Origin: an uncultured Acidobacteriota bacterium
Lineage (GTDB): Bacteria; Acidobacteriota; Vicinamibacteria; Fen-336
Reading direction: 5' to 3'
DNA: 64,000 nucleotides
Assembly (NCBI GenBank): GCA_963720545.1
Contig: OY970399.1
Coordinates: 160,001-224,000, forward strand
This document shows positions 21,112 to 32,865 of the stretch, piece by piece. The translations under genes were made by a program, and so were the position numbers. Below the pieces are notes generated by a model. That model did no database searches. It was not told the origin of the DNA and was given only the letters and a program-made list of their open reading frames with translations. Positions within the stretch are counted from its first letter, which is position 1. Every line of letters starts with the position of its first letter.

Positions 21112-23523
21112 ATGTCCGCCGCGAAGCCGCTCCTCACACTGTCCCTGGCACTGTCCGCGGGCGCCTGGGCCGGAGACGGCGCCGCACGCTGGCAGTCATG
21201 GCTGCTGGTCTCGCTGTGCGCCGCGCTTCTGTTCGTACTTGCAGTGCGGCCGGGCTCCGTGCGGCGTGCCGCGGGCGTCGCGGCGATGGCCGCCTTTGGC
21301 ATCGGCGCCGCCGGCATGGCGGCGAACGACGACGCGTACCGTCGCAACGCACTGCGCGCCGACGTCGCGGCCGGCCTCGATGCGCCTGTCTTGCTCAGCG
21401 GCCACGCCGTCGCCGACCTGGTGCCCGGCAACCCCGATCGGCGGCTCGTCCTCGATGTCACGGACGCGGAGGTTGACGGTGTGCGGCGGCCGTGGCGCGG
21501 ACGCGTGTCGCTGCGTGTCGGCGGGGAAGGCGCATTGCCGCTGGTGACCGCCGGCCGCCAGCTGGCGGCCTGGGCCAGCCTCTACCCGCCGCGCGGCACC
21601 CGCAGCGAGGGGGTTGTGGATTTCCGCGACCGCGCGCGCCGCCAGGGTACGCATGCTCTCGGCACGATCAAGAGCGCAACGCTCATCGACGTCGCTGCTA
21701 GCGGCGGCAGCCTTGCCGAGCCGATCTCGCGGTTGCGCCAATACGCTCGCGTGCTGTTGCAGCGCAGCATCAAGGGTGACGACGAACGCGGCCTTCTGGC
21801 ATCCCTGGTGTTCGGCGACCGCGGCGCCATCGATGCGGGGATGGAAGACGACTATCGGCGCGCCGGTGTCTTCCACGTGCTGGCGGTGTCGGGTGCGCAA
21901 GTGGCGTTGCTCGCCGCCATCGCCTGGCGCTGCCTGCGCCTGATGCGCGTGGCGCGCCGGGCGGCAACGCTGCTCTTGTGCGGCGCGGTCGCGGGATACG
22001 CGGTGTTCGCCGGCAGCGAAGCGTCGATCGTGCGCGCCGCGGTGATGGCCGGCGCGGTCGCGCTGGCTGCCTCGCTCGACCTCGACGCCTCGGGTTTCAC
22101 GGCACTCGGCGGCGCGGTGTTCGCACTCGTTGCGTATGACCCGGCCGCCGTCTTCGATGCCGGCTTCCAGTTGTCTGTTTCGGCCACCGCCGGCCTCATC
22201 GCGTTCATGCCGTCGCCCGCTGCGCAGCCGGAACTGCGCGGTGCGCGCCGCTGGCTGGCATGGCTGGTCGTCGCCTCGCTCGCGGCCCAGGCGGCGGTGC
22301 TGCCGGCGCAGCTCCTCCTGTTCCATACCCTGCCGATGGCGGCGCTCGGCGCGAACCTGGTGGTAGTGCCGATCTCATCGGCCCTGCTCGTCGGTACCGT
22401 AGCGTTCCTGGCCGCGGCGTCCGTCTCGCAGACGCTGGCCGCCGTGCCCGCGTGGCTCCTCGAGCACACGGCCGCGCTGCAGAACGCGTTCATCCACGCG
22501 TGGGCGCAGATCCCGGGCGTCGAGCTGAGCGCGCCGACCCCGCCCCTGTGGTGTCTCGCTGCCTACTGCGGCGGCCTGGTGGCGCTGGCACTCGGACGGC
22601 CTCGGGCCCGCGCCTTGCCGCTCATCGGCGCGGGGTTCTTCGGAATACTGTTCGCCGGCGGTCCGCGCGCCGACGGCCGGCTGCAACTGCACGCGCTCGA
22701 CGTCGGCCAGGGAGACGCGCTGGTGCTGGTGTCGCCGCACGGCCGCGTCGCGGTGATCGACACGGGCCCCGGCCAGGACGACGGCTGGTGCGGCGGCCGC
22801 GACGTGGTCGCACCGTTCCTGTGGAGCCGCGGGTTCGCGCGCATCGACCTGCTGGTGGTGAGCCATGCGCATGCGGACCACATCGGCGGCGCGAGTTGGC
22901 TCGCGCGGACGTTCAAGGCGCACGAGGTCTGGGAAAGCCCGTTCCAGTCCCGCGAGTTCCCCGGCAGCGCGTTGCGGCGCGTCGTGGGTGCGGGTGTCGA
23001 TGTCGATTGGGACGGCGTGCGACTGCGAGTCCTCGGCCCGCCACCACTCGACCCGGAGGCCAGAGCGCCGCGCGACGTGCGCAACGACGACTCCGTGGTC
23101 GTCGAGGCGATGTTCCGCGGCAGCGCGTACCTCCTCACGGGCGACATCGAGGGCTCCGGCGAGGAAGCGGTGGGCGGCCGCGCCTACGACCTGGTCAAGG
23201 TGGCGCACCATGGCAGCCGCACCAGCAGCTCCGAGTCGTTCGTGGCGAGAACCTGTCCGGCGGCGGCTTTCGTGTCGGTTGGCGCCGCAAATCGCTTCCA
23301 CCACCCGCACCCCGAAGTCATCGACCGCTACCGCCGGCAGGGAGCCTTCGTGGCCCGGACCGATCAGGACGGCAGCCTGCAAGCCGCTACGGATGGGGAA
23401 GTTGTGACCATTTCGACGTTCGCGCTGGGGACGTGGTCCACGTCTCAAAAGCGTCGGGACCGCTGTGCTACCATCCCGGCACAAACGGCCCGAGATGAGC
23501 GACAAGACCGACGAAGAGAATAA
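21112..23523 (+). CDS. comEC: ComEC/Rec2 DNA uptake channel with MBL domain
   Basis: HVLAVSG, GFQLS, DVGQGD, SHAHADHIGG, KVAHHGS and RTDQDG motifs. Confidence 0.9.
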   Translation: MSAAKPLLTLSLALSAGAWAGDGAARWQSWLLVSLCAALLFVLAVRPGSVRRAAGVAAMAAFGIGAAGMAANDDAYRRNALRADVAAGLDAPVLLSGHAVADLVPGNPDRRLVLDVTDAEVDGVRRPWRGRVSLRVGGEGALPLVTAGRQLAAWASLYPPRGTRSEGVVDFRDRARRQGTHALGTIKSATLIDVAASGGSLAEPISRLRQYARVLLQRSIKGDDERGLLASLVFGDRGAIDAGMEDDYRRAGVFHVLAVSGAQVALLAAIAWRCLRLMRVARRAATLLLCGAVAGYAVFAGSEASIVRAAVMAGAVALAASLDLDASGFTALGGAVFALVAYDPAAVFDAGFQLSVSATAGLIAFMPSPAAQPELRGARRWLAWLVVASLAAQAAVLPAQLLLFHTLPMAALGANLVVVPISSALLVGTVAFLAAASVSQTLAAVPAWLLEHTAALQNAFIHAWAQIPGVELSAPTPPLWCLAAYCGGLVALALGRPRARALPLIGAGFFGILFAGGPRADGRLQLHALDVGQGDALVLVSPHGRVAVIDTGPGQDDGWCGGRDVVAPFLWSRGFARIDLLVVSHAHADHIGGASWLARTFKAHEVWESPFQSREFPGSALRRVVGAGVDVDWDGVRLRVLGPPPLDPEARAPRDVRNDDSVVVEAMFRGSAYLLTGDIEGSGEEAVGGRAYDLVKVAHHGSRTSSSESFVARTCPAAAFVSVGAANRFHHPHPEVIDRYRRQGAFVARTDQDGSLQAATDGEVVTISTFALGTWSTSQKRRDRCATIPAQTARDERQDRRRE

Positions 23524-23887
23524 GCACTTCACGGTAAAGGACCGGCGGCGGATCAATATGGATCCAGAGTCGGCAGTTTCGACACCGGAGGAGGCCGCTC
23601 CCGAGCCGGAACAGGCCCCAACGGGCCCAGCGGCCGAGCCCGGCCCCCTGCCGCAAGTCGAGTTCGGGGCGTTCGTCGCGTCGCTGGCAGCCCAGGCGGC
23701 GAGCTTCCTCGCGGAAGAGGAGCACAAGGTCGAAGCGGAAGGCGCGGCGCGGGAGATCATCGCCATCCTCGAGATGCTGCAGGACAAGACGGAAGGCCGC
23801 CGCACCGAGCAGGAAACGAAGATCCTCGAATCCGTGCTGTTCGAGTTGCGCATGGTGTTCGTGCACCGCGGCCAGGCGAACGCTTGA
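23495..23887 (+). CDS. DUF1844 family protein
   Basis: FTVKDRRR N-terminus; LPQVEFGAFVASLA...IAILEMLQDKTEG...LFELRMVFV. Confidence 0.8.
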   Translation: MSDKTDEENKHFTVKDRRRINMDPESAVSTPEEAAPEPEQAPTGPAAEPGPLPQVEFGAFVASLAAQAASFLAEEEHKVEAEGAAREIIAILEMLQDKTEGRRTEQETKILESVLFELRMVFVHRGQANA

Positions 23888-25691
23888 TAGCCACCACACC
23901 CTGGCTGCTGGCGCTCGCCCTTGCGGCTGTCAGCCGCCCTCGCCCTCGCCTTCGCCAACGCCGCCGCCGGTTGCGGAGACGGAAGCCCTCGCGCGCCGCT
24001 GGGACGCTTTCGTAAGCGCCCAGCGCACGGGCGACGCCGCCGCGCAGGCGCGCGCGCTCGCCGACCTGCAGAAGCTGCGTCGCGTCCGCAATATCCCGCG
24101 GCTCGAGACCGCGTCGCTCGCACTGGGCGCGATGGCTCAACAAGCTCGAGCCAAGGGCGACACCGCCGGTGCCACGGCGCTGGAGCGCGGCGCGTCCGAA
24201 CTCGATCCGATGAGCTCGCGCCAGCAGGCCGAGAGCGCGCCCTCCGCGGCGTCCCTGTCCCGGGCCCTGCCGGTGATCGCATTGGTCCTGGCGCTTGGCC
24301 TCGGCCTCATCTTCGGCGTCGGCCTGCTGGTGCGTTACGGGCCGCTCTTCTTCCACGATCTCGAGGAGCGGCTCGGCGGGCTCGTCGGCCTGCCGTTCAC
24401 GCGGCTGGTGACGGTGCTGTTGCTCGGTTTTCCCGTGTTCTTCCTGCAGGGCTTCGGCTTCCTGCCGTTCTGGTGGGCCGCGCTCCTGTTCGGCTACCTG
24501 ACCATCAGCGAACGCGCCTGGATGGTCGCTGCACTTCTGCTCGGGGTGCTGTGCGTTCCGGGCATCGACCTGGTGGAGGGCGGTGTCGGTTCCCGCGAGT
24601 CGCCGCTGACGCGCGCGCTCGGCACCGCGGCCGAAGGCATTGCGACACCGGCACAACTGCGCCTCATCGAAGAGGCGGCTCGCGCCCAGCCGGGCAACCG
24701 CGACCTGGCTGTGGTGCTGGCCGTGCAGGAGCGCCGGGCCGGTCGTGACGACGCGGCGCGCCGGATCTATGAAAACGTGTTGAAGACGGCGAGCGGCGAT
24801 GCTGGCGTGCTCAACAACCTCGGCAACCTCGCGTATGGCCGCGGCGACTACCTCGGGGCGCTGGCGCGCTACGACCAGGCGCTGGCATCGGCGAGCGGCG
24901 ACGCACGCGCCGTAATCCTCGCCAACAAGGGTCTCGCCCACCAGCAGCGGTTCGAGTTCGACAAGGCGACCACCGTGACCGGCCAGGCCGACGCCCTGGG
25001 CAGTGCCTATCTCGCATCGCTCTCGGCGCTCTACGCCGGCGACGCCAACCACCCCGCGGTGGTGCTCGACATCGTGCCCGAGGAGCGCGCCCTCACCAGC
25101 AAGGCGCTCGACGCCGAGAAGCCGCGCGCGTTGTGGCGCAGCCTCGGCAACCGCTTCGCCGCGGCACTGGCACTCGGTACGCTCACCGCGCTCGTCATCC
25201 ATACGCTGCGCAGCAAGGCCCGCAAGCCCAGCCGCTGCCAGATGTGCGGTGTCGTCTTTTGCGGGCTTTGCAACATGGGCAAGGCGGCCGAAGGCTTGTG
25301 CTCGCAGTGCCACCACCTGTTCGCGGTGCGCACCGGGATTTCTGCCAAGGCCAAGGCGCACAAGATGGCCGCCGTCCGCTCGGAGTCGCGGTTGCGGGGC
25401 CACTTGTACCGTGTGCTCTCGGCGCTCGGTCCGGGTGCCGGCCACGTGTTCGCCGGCAAGACCTCACTGGGCGGCGTCGTTGCCATCGTCTGGACCGTCG
25501 GACTGACGCTCTACTTCCTGGCCGACCGGCTGCTGCCGGCGTGGAACCAGGCCGGCCCGTCGGGCCTCGGCCTGGCCTCGCTCGTGGGCATCGCCGCGGC
25601 CGCCCTCGCGTGGCTGTGGGCGCAGGTGTTTGCGCCTCGTCGCCGGGAAACCGCGGCGTTCCGGGCCGCAACAGCAGCGGCGAGGACCTGA
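23884..25691 (+). CDS. Membrane protein with TPRs and a Cys6 zinc-finger-like motif; apparent -1 frameshift near 23930 (ORF track shows only 24132-25691)
   Basis: TTG 23884 gives signal-peptide-like MIATTPWLLALALAAV; the main frame continues QPPSPSPSPTPPP... TPR motifs (LNNLGNL, LANKGLA); CQMC-CGLC-CSQC. Confidence 0.75.
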
Positions 25692-25694
25692 GCC

Positions 25695-26891
25695 ATGGCA
25701 CTCGAAGGCAGCATCAAGGAGTTCTCGCTTCCCGACATCTTCCAGCTGATCGGCCTGCAGCGAAAGACCGGCGTCCTGCACCTGACGAGCGGCGACAAGG
25801 AAGCGGTCACCATCGGCTTCGAAGGCGGACGGGTGGTGCACGCCGATTCCGAAGTGAAGCGCCTCGAGGCGCGCCTCGGCCGCCTGCTGGTGAAGCAGGA
25901 CAAGCTCACTCCCGCGCGTCTCGAACAGGCGCTGCGCACCCAGGAGGCGACGCTGCAGCGGCTGGGCCACGTGCTGGTCTCGACCAAGGCGATCACCAGC
26001 GCCGACCTCGAGCACGCGCTGCAGGTGCAGGTGTCGCAGGCCGTGTTCCAGGCATTTCGCTGGCGCGACGGCGACTTCAAGTTCACGGCCACCGAGAGCG
26101 TCGAGTACGACCGCGACGCGTTCCGCCCCCTGTCCGCCGACTTCATCCTCATGGAAGGCATTCGCATGGTGGACGAGTGGCCCACCATCGAACGCAAGAT
26201 CCCGAGCATGGACCTCGTCTTCCGCCATGCCGCCGAGGCGAACTCGATGCTCATCGAGACCGGACCGCCGCCGCCGGGCGACGAGCGGCCCGACGTGGTG
26301 CGGCTCGGCTCGAGCGAAGCGCGCGTGTTCGAGCGCGTCGATGGCGAACGTACCGTGCAGGCGCTGGTGGACGAGACCGGGCTGGGCGACTTCGAGGTCT
26401 GCCGCTCGTTGTGCGAGCTGCTCGACCGTCAGATCATCGAGCCGGCCGGCCGCACCGAGGCCATCGAGTCTCAGGCGCCGCTGCTGGCGCAGTCGGCGAG
26501 CCGGCCGTGGCTCCAATGGCTGCCGGCGCTCGCAGGTCTGCTGGTGGTGGCGGTCTTCGCATCACGCACCCTGACGGCGCCGTTCCAGGTCTACGGCGCG
26601 CCGCCGGTGCTGGGCGCGGACTCGGCGTACTGGAGCGCTGGCACCGTGATCAAGCGTGAGACGCTGGAGAAGGCCATCGACGCCTACGTGCTGGTGCGCG
26701 GCGCCTTGCCGAAGAACCTGCAGGAGTTGGTGGCGGCGCACGTCGTCGGGCCCCGCGCCATCGTCGACGACGTTGGCCGGCCCTTTTACTACGCGGTGAC
26801 GGCCGACGGCTACACGCTCGGCTCGGTGGACCGCTCGCGGAAACCCGACCCGCGCTTCACGGTGACCCGCACCACCCGTCCATTGTCGTAG
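25695..26891 (+). CDS. DUF4388 + tandem MshEN-like motif + TM + GspG/pseudopilin-like periplasmic domain
   Basis: MALEGSIKEFSLPDIFQLIGLQRKTG (DUF4388); two RLG..LV...L...L..Q 24-mers; a TM segment; AIDAY...LP..LQEL...DDVGRPFYY...YTLGS. Confidence 0.75.
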   Translation: MALEGSIKEFSLPDIFQLIGLQRKTGVLHLTSGDKEAVTIGFEGGRVVHADSEVKRLEARLGRLLVKQDKLTPARLEQALRTQEATLQRLGHVLVSTKAITSADLEHALQVQVSQAVFQAFRWRDGDFKFTATESVEYDRDAFRPLSADFILMEGIRMVDEWPTIERKIPSMDLVFRHAAEANSMLIETGPPPPGDERPDVVRLGSSEARVFERVDGERTVQALVDETGLGDFEVCRSLCELLDRQIIEPAGRTEAIESQAPLLAQSASRPWLQWLPALAGLLVVAVFASRTLTAPFQVYGAPPVLGADSAYWSAGTVIKRETLEKAIDAYVLVRGALPKNLQELVAAHVVGPRAIVDDVGRPFYYAVTADGYTLGSVDRSRKPDPRFTVTRTTRPLS

Positions 26892-26907
26892 CCTTGCGGT
26901 CGTACCC

Positions 26908-27852
26908 TTGAAGACCCTCATACTCAGGCCCACGACTGCCGTCGACTGGCCGCAGAGCGCCGTTACCATCGGCAATTTCGACGGCGTCCACCGCGGTCAC
27001 CAGCGGATGATAGCCACCATGATGGCACACGCCTCCGGCGCGCGGCCCGGTGTGGTCCTGACTTTCGAGCCGCATCCTTCCCGTGTCCTGCGTCCCGACG
27101 CGCCCGTGCCGCTCATCATGACCGGCGAGCAGAAAGAGCGTGCGGTCGCCGCGTCCGGTGCGGACGTGCTTGCGACGCTGCGGTTCGACGCGGCGCTGGC
27201 GGCGCTCAGCGCCGAGCTCTTCGCCGGAAAGGTGCTGGCTGCGGCGCTGCGCGCGCGCGTGGTGGCGGTGGGCGAGAACTTTCGCTTCGGCCAGGGCCGC
27301 TCCGCTGGCGTCGATGAGCTGCGCGCGCTGGGCGCCGCGCATGGATTCGAGTTGATCGTCGTCCCCCCGGTCGAGGACAACGCGCTGCCCGTCAGCAGCA
27401 GCCGGATCCGCGAGGCGCTCCTGTCCGGTGAGGTGGAGGACGCGGCGCGGCTTCTCGGCAGGCCCTTCGAGATCTGCGGCACCGTGGTGGCGGGCGACGG
27501 CCGCGGCCGAACGATCGGCATTCCCACGGCCAACATCGCTTCCGAAAACGACATCGCGCCGAAGAACGGCGTGTACGCGGCGCTGCTATCCGGCCCCACG
27601 GCCGGCACCGATCGGCCGGCGGTCGTGAACATCGGCACGCGCCCGACCTTTGCGGGCCGCTCGACCACGATCGAGGCGCACGTCCTCGACTTCGACGCCG
27701 CGTTCTACGAGGAGCGGGTGTCGCTGCGCTTCGCGGCACGGCTGCGCGACGAACAGCGCTTCGCCGGCGCTGCCGAGCTGGTGGCGCAGATCCGCGCCGA
27801 TATCGAGCGCGCGCGGCCGATTCTTTCGCGCTCCGGCGCCGCCAAGATATAG
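26908..27852 (+). CDS. ribF: Bifunctional riboflavin kinase/FAD synthetase
   Basis: IGNFDGVHRGH, SSSRIR, GRTIGIPTAN, NIGTRPT and EAH motifs. Confidence 0.95.
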   Translation: MKTLILRPTTAVDWPQSAVTIGNFDGVHRGHQRMIATMMAHASGARPGVVLTFEPHPSRVLRPDAPVPLIMTGEQKERAVAASGADVLATLRFDAALAALSAELFAGKVLAAALRARVVAVGENFRFGQGRSAGVDELRALGAAHGFELIVVPPVEDNALPVSSSRIREALLSGEVEDAARLLGRPFEICGTVVAGDGRGRTIGIPTANIASENDIAPKNGVYAALLSGPTAGTDRPAVVNIGTRPTFAGRSTTIEAHVLDFDAAFYEERVSLRFAARLRDEQRFAGAAELVAQIRADIERARPILSRSGAAKI

Positions 27853-27871
27853 TCCATTCCGGCTCATTTCC

Positions 27872-28240
27872 ATGGAACTCGTCGTAGACGATCGCGACCT
27901 GGGCAACGTCACGCTCATCTACCCGCGCGGCTTCATCAACGCCCACACGGTGCGCAGCTTCGAGAGCGCCATCCAGCGCTCGGTGGCGGCCGGCCGCTAC
28001 AACATCGTCGTCAACTGCGCGGAGCTCACCTACATCGCGAGCGCCGGGCTCGGCGCGATGATGGGCGTCATAGAAGAGCTGCGCGGCAACGGCGGCGACC
28101 TGCGCCTTTCGGACCTCACCGAGAGCATCCGCGGCATCTTCGAGATGCTCGGCTTCAGCCAGCTCTACGGCGTCTATCCCACCGAGGCACTCGCGATCGC
28201 GAGCTTCGGCTCGGCGGCGCGGATGCGCGAGGACAGTTGA
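27872..28240 (+). CDS. STAS anti-anti-sigma factor (RsbV-like)
   Basis: LTYIASAGLG (phospho-Ser motif) and IFEMLGF. Confidence 0.85.
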   Translation: MELVVDDRDLGNVTLIYPRGFINAHTVRSFESAIQRSVAAGRYNIVVNCAELTYIASAGLGAMMGVIEELRGNGGDLRLSDLTESIRGIFEMLGFSQLYGVYPTEALAIASFGSAARMREDS

Positions 28241-28668
28241 GCGACATCGAAGTCGTCCTGCGCAGCGACACGTCGTTTCTCGGCGTGGTGCGCGACATGG
28301 CGCGGCGCGCCGCCGAGACCGTGGGCTTCGCCGCGGCGCCGGCGGAAGAGATCGCACTTGCCGTAGACGAATGCGCGACCAACGTCATCGAGCACGCCTA
28401 CGGCGGCAAGCAGGACCGCGAATACCGCGTGCGCTTCACGTGCGGCGAAGGCCAGATCGTCATCGAGGTGGTGGACGACGGCGCCGGGCTCGATGCCGGC
28501 GCGCTGCCCGCGGTGGACCTGAAGCGCTACGCCCACGAACGCCGCAACGGCGGACTCGGCGTCCACCTGATGGCGAAGCTGATGGACTCCGTGACCTACT
28601 CGAAGGAAGGCCGCTTCAACGTCTGCCGCCTCGAGCGCAGCCTTCAATCTGTCAAGCACCCGGGCTGA
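28237..28668 (+). CDS. Anti-sigma factor / Ser kinase (RsbW-like)
   Basis: LAVDECATNVIEHAY, DDGAG and GGLGVHLM (HATPase_c_2). Confidence 0.9.
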   Translation: MSDIEVVLRSDTSFLGVVRDMARRAAETVGFAAAPAEEIALAVDECATNVIEHAYGGKQDREYRVRFTCGEGQIVIEVVDDGAGLDAGALPAVDLKRYAHERRNGGLGVHLMAKLMDSVTYSKEGRFNVCRLERSLQSVKHPG

Positions 28669-28675
28669 CAGGCTC

Positions 28676-30387
28676 TTGCCGCGTCCGTGGCTGAAGCAGT
28701 ACCGGGCGAGCCTCGATGCTCTCGAGGCGGCGGGCTCCAGCACTGCGAGCGTGATGCCCCTGCACGAAGCGCTGTGCCTGCTCGAGGTCGCCTCGCTCCT
28801 CCAGGAAGGCGGCGAAGGCCCGCTCCGCGAAGCGCTGGCGTCGGTGCTTACCCAGGCCGGCTGCGAACGCGGCGCCTGGTACCTGGCCGAGCCGCGCGGC
28901 GGCTTCCGGCTGGTGAGCTCGCAGGCGCTCGCGGCACCGAAGCACGTGGACAACGAAGCCGAGCTGGCGGCGCAGCCGGGCCTCGACGCCGTGGTTTCCA
29001 TCAAGGGCCGCCACGGAGCCACCGGGCTCCTGGCCGCCGGCGCCACGCCGCCGCGCAAGCGCACACAGCTGGCGCCGTTCCTCGAAGCGGTGTCGGCCGC
29101 CGCGGCCGGACCGCTGGCGGGGGCGCTCCTCGAAGACGAGCGCGAGCGGCTGTCGCGCCGCCTCAGCGTCAAGGTCTACCAGCTGCGCAACCTGTTCGAG
29201 CTGAGCCGCGAGCTCACCTCGACCTTCGACGCCGAGACCGTGCACAGCCTGGCGACGGCAACGCTGATGGGCCACCTGATGGTGTCGCGCGCGGCGCTCT
29301 ACGTGCGCGACAGCGGCGACAACTTCGAACTCGCGGTGGCGCGCGGCTTCCGCCCCGAGAGCCTCGGCAAGCTCGGCGGCTGCGAGGAGGGGTGGGAGTC
29401 TTTCGGCGGCGGCGAGACGGCGCTGCGTGTCTCTGAACTTCCCGAGGGTGCCGTCAAGGGGCTGATGACGCGCATGCGCATTGGCCTCGTGGCGCCCGTC
29501 GTCATCGCCGGACGCTGCGAGGCGATGCTGCTCGCCGGCGAGCGCAGCTCCGGCCGTTCGTTCGCCGACGAAGACTGCGAGTTCGCGGCCACCCTCGCGC
29601 GCCAGACGGTGGGCGCGCTGCAGACGATCCGCCTCCACGAGGTGAGCATCGAGAAGGAGCGCCAGGATCGCGAGATCGAGATTGCCCGCGAGATCCAGCA
29701 AAGCCTGTTTCCGAAGGCGCTGCCGCAGTACCGGGGCTTCGAGATCGCGGCGCGCAGCGAACCGTGCTTCCGCGTCGGCGGCGACTACTACGACGCCATC
29801 GCGCTCTCGCCACGCCGCTTCTTCGCCGCGGTCGCGGACGTTTCGGGCAAGGGCACGCCCGCGAGCCTGCTGATGGCCTCGGTGCACGCGTGGCTGCGCG
29901 CTCGCGCCGGCGGGGAAGCGCCGCTCAACCAGTTGATAAGCGAGCTGAACTCGTTTCTCTGCGCCAGCACGCTCGCCAACAAGTTCGTCACCTTCTTCTG
30001 CGCCGAGGTGGACATCGACAAACTCGAGGTCCGCTACGTGAACGCCGGCCACATCCCGCCGGTGGTCCTGGGCGCCGACGGCGGCACGACCCGGCTCACC
30101 GAGGGCGGCCCGGCGCTGGGCCTGCTCGAAGGGGCGCCCTACGACATGGGCCGCCACCAGTTGCGGCGCGGCGACGCGCTGATCGTCGTGACGGACGGCG
30201 CCACCGAAGCCGGCCGTGAGGCAGACGAGGTGGAGTTCGGCGACGAGGGTGTCGTCGCATCGCTGTCGCGCGCTTCCAGCCGCGACGCTGCCGGCGTCGT
30301 GAGCGCCTGCTTCGACGACGTCATCGCGTGGGCCGGTACCCGCGGGCTGGCCGACGACCTCACCGCGCTCGCGATCAAGGTGTCGGC

Positions 30388-30391
<4 letters not shown>
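28676..30391 (+). CDS. GAF + SpoIIE/PP2C phosphatase (RsbU-like)
   Basis: AREIQQSLFP, VGGDYYD, ADVSGKG, NAGH, TDG and DDLT motifs. Confidence 0.9.
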
Positions 30392-31793
<1,402 letters not shown>

Positions 31794-31797
<4 letters not shown>

Positions 31798-32156
31798 ACC
31801 CGCGCGGCACGAGCGCCGAAGAGCTCGCGTGCCGCCACCTCGAAGCCAAGGGTTTCAAGATCGTGGCGAGAAACGTGGCCTCGCGCTTCGCCGAGATCGA
31901 CATCATCGCGAGGGACGGCGAGTACCTGGTGTTCGTCGAGGTGAAGGGAAGAAAAGACGACAAGCACGGCTCCGGATTCGAAGCCGTCACCCACCGCAAG
32001 CGAAGGAAAATCGTCAGCGAAGCCCGCATCTACGCCGCGCAAAAAGGCCTCTCCGAAACCCCGATCCGATTCGACGTAATCGCCGTGGAATGGGGCGGAA
32101 CAGGCGAACCGCGGATCGATCACGTCGCCGGCGCCTTCGATTCCGAAGGGGCCTGA
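31794..32156 (+). CDS. yraN: YraN (UPF0102) endonuclease-like protein; probable ATA start at 31794
   Basis: RGTSAEELACRHLEAKGFKIVARN...EIDII...FVEVK...RFDV. The conserved N-terminal helix lies upstream of the first canonical start (31863). Confidence 0.85.
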
Positions 32157-32190
32157 CATTTAGTAAGATCTCGAAGTCGCGCCAAAAAGT

Positions 32191-32265
32191 GCGGGAATAA
32201 CTCAGTGGTAGAGTGCGACCTTGCCAAGGTCGAAGTCGCGGGTTCGAATCCCGTTTCCCGCTCCA
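32191..32265 (+). tRNA. tRNA-Gly(GCC)
   Basis: Cloverleaf GCGGGAA...TTCCCGC-T-CCA; anticodon arm CGACC-TT-GCC-AA-GGTCG; GGTTCGAATCC. Confidence 0.97.
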
Positions 32266-32280
32266 TCCCACCCTTGACGC

Positions 32281-32356
32281 GGCGGCGTAGCCAAGTGGTT
32301 AAGGCGGAGGTCTGCAAAACCTCTACTCGCCGGTTCAACTCCGGCCGCCGCCTCCA
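32281..32356 (+). tRNA. tRNA-Cys(GCA)
   Basis: GGCGGCG...CGCCGCC-T-CCA with U73 discriminator; anticodon arm GAGGT-CT-GCA-AA-ACCTC. Confidence 0.97.
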
Positions 32357-32427
32357 CCTTTCCTGTTCGGGTGCACGAGCAACGTCCAGGTTCTGGTGAG
32401 CGCCATTGCCCCGAATAAACTGGGGGC

Positions 32428-32865
32428 ATGACGATCAAGAGACTGGATCACGTCAGCGTCGTTGTCGAAGAACTCCCAGGTGCGATTGCTTTTTTCACCG
32501 CGCTCGGCATGACGGTCGAAGGCGAGGGGCCCGTCGAGGGGCCGTGGGTAGACCGGGTCAATGGGATCGACAATGTCCAGGTCGACATCGTCATGATGCG
32601 GACCCCGGACGGGCACGGGAAGCTCGAGCTGACGAAGTTCCGCAATCCCAGGCTTGTCGAAATCGAACCCGCGATAGCACCGCCGAATGCGCTGGGGCTC
32701 CGGAGCGTCATGTTCACAGTCGACAGCGTGGATGACGCTGTCGATCGCCTACGCACGCATGGCGGCGAACTGATCGGCGAGGTGGTCCAGTATGAGGACA
32801 AGTACAGGCTCTGCTACATGCGCGGGCCTGCGGGCATCATCGTGGCGCTGGCCGAGGAACTCTGA
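32428..32865 (+). CDS. VOC/glyoxalase family protein
   Basis: RLDHVSVVV, KLELTKF and YMRGPAGIIVALAE motifs. Confidence 0.85.
   Translation: MTIKRLDHVSVVVEELPGAIAFFTALGMTVEGEGPVEGPWVDRVNGIDNVQVDIVMMRTPDGHGKLELTKFRNPRLVEIEPAIAPPNALGLRSVMFTVDSVDDAVDRLRTHGGELIGEVVQYEDKYRLCYMRGPAGIIVALAEEL

Noticed and set aside
32157..32190. AT-rich ATTTAGTAAGA as a possible dif (XerD arm) site
   Set aside because: It matches only partially and has no XerC arm at 6-bp spacing; it is better explained as the tRNA promoter (TAAGAT).
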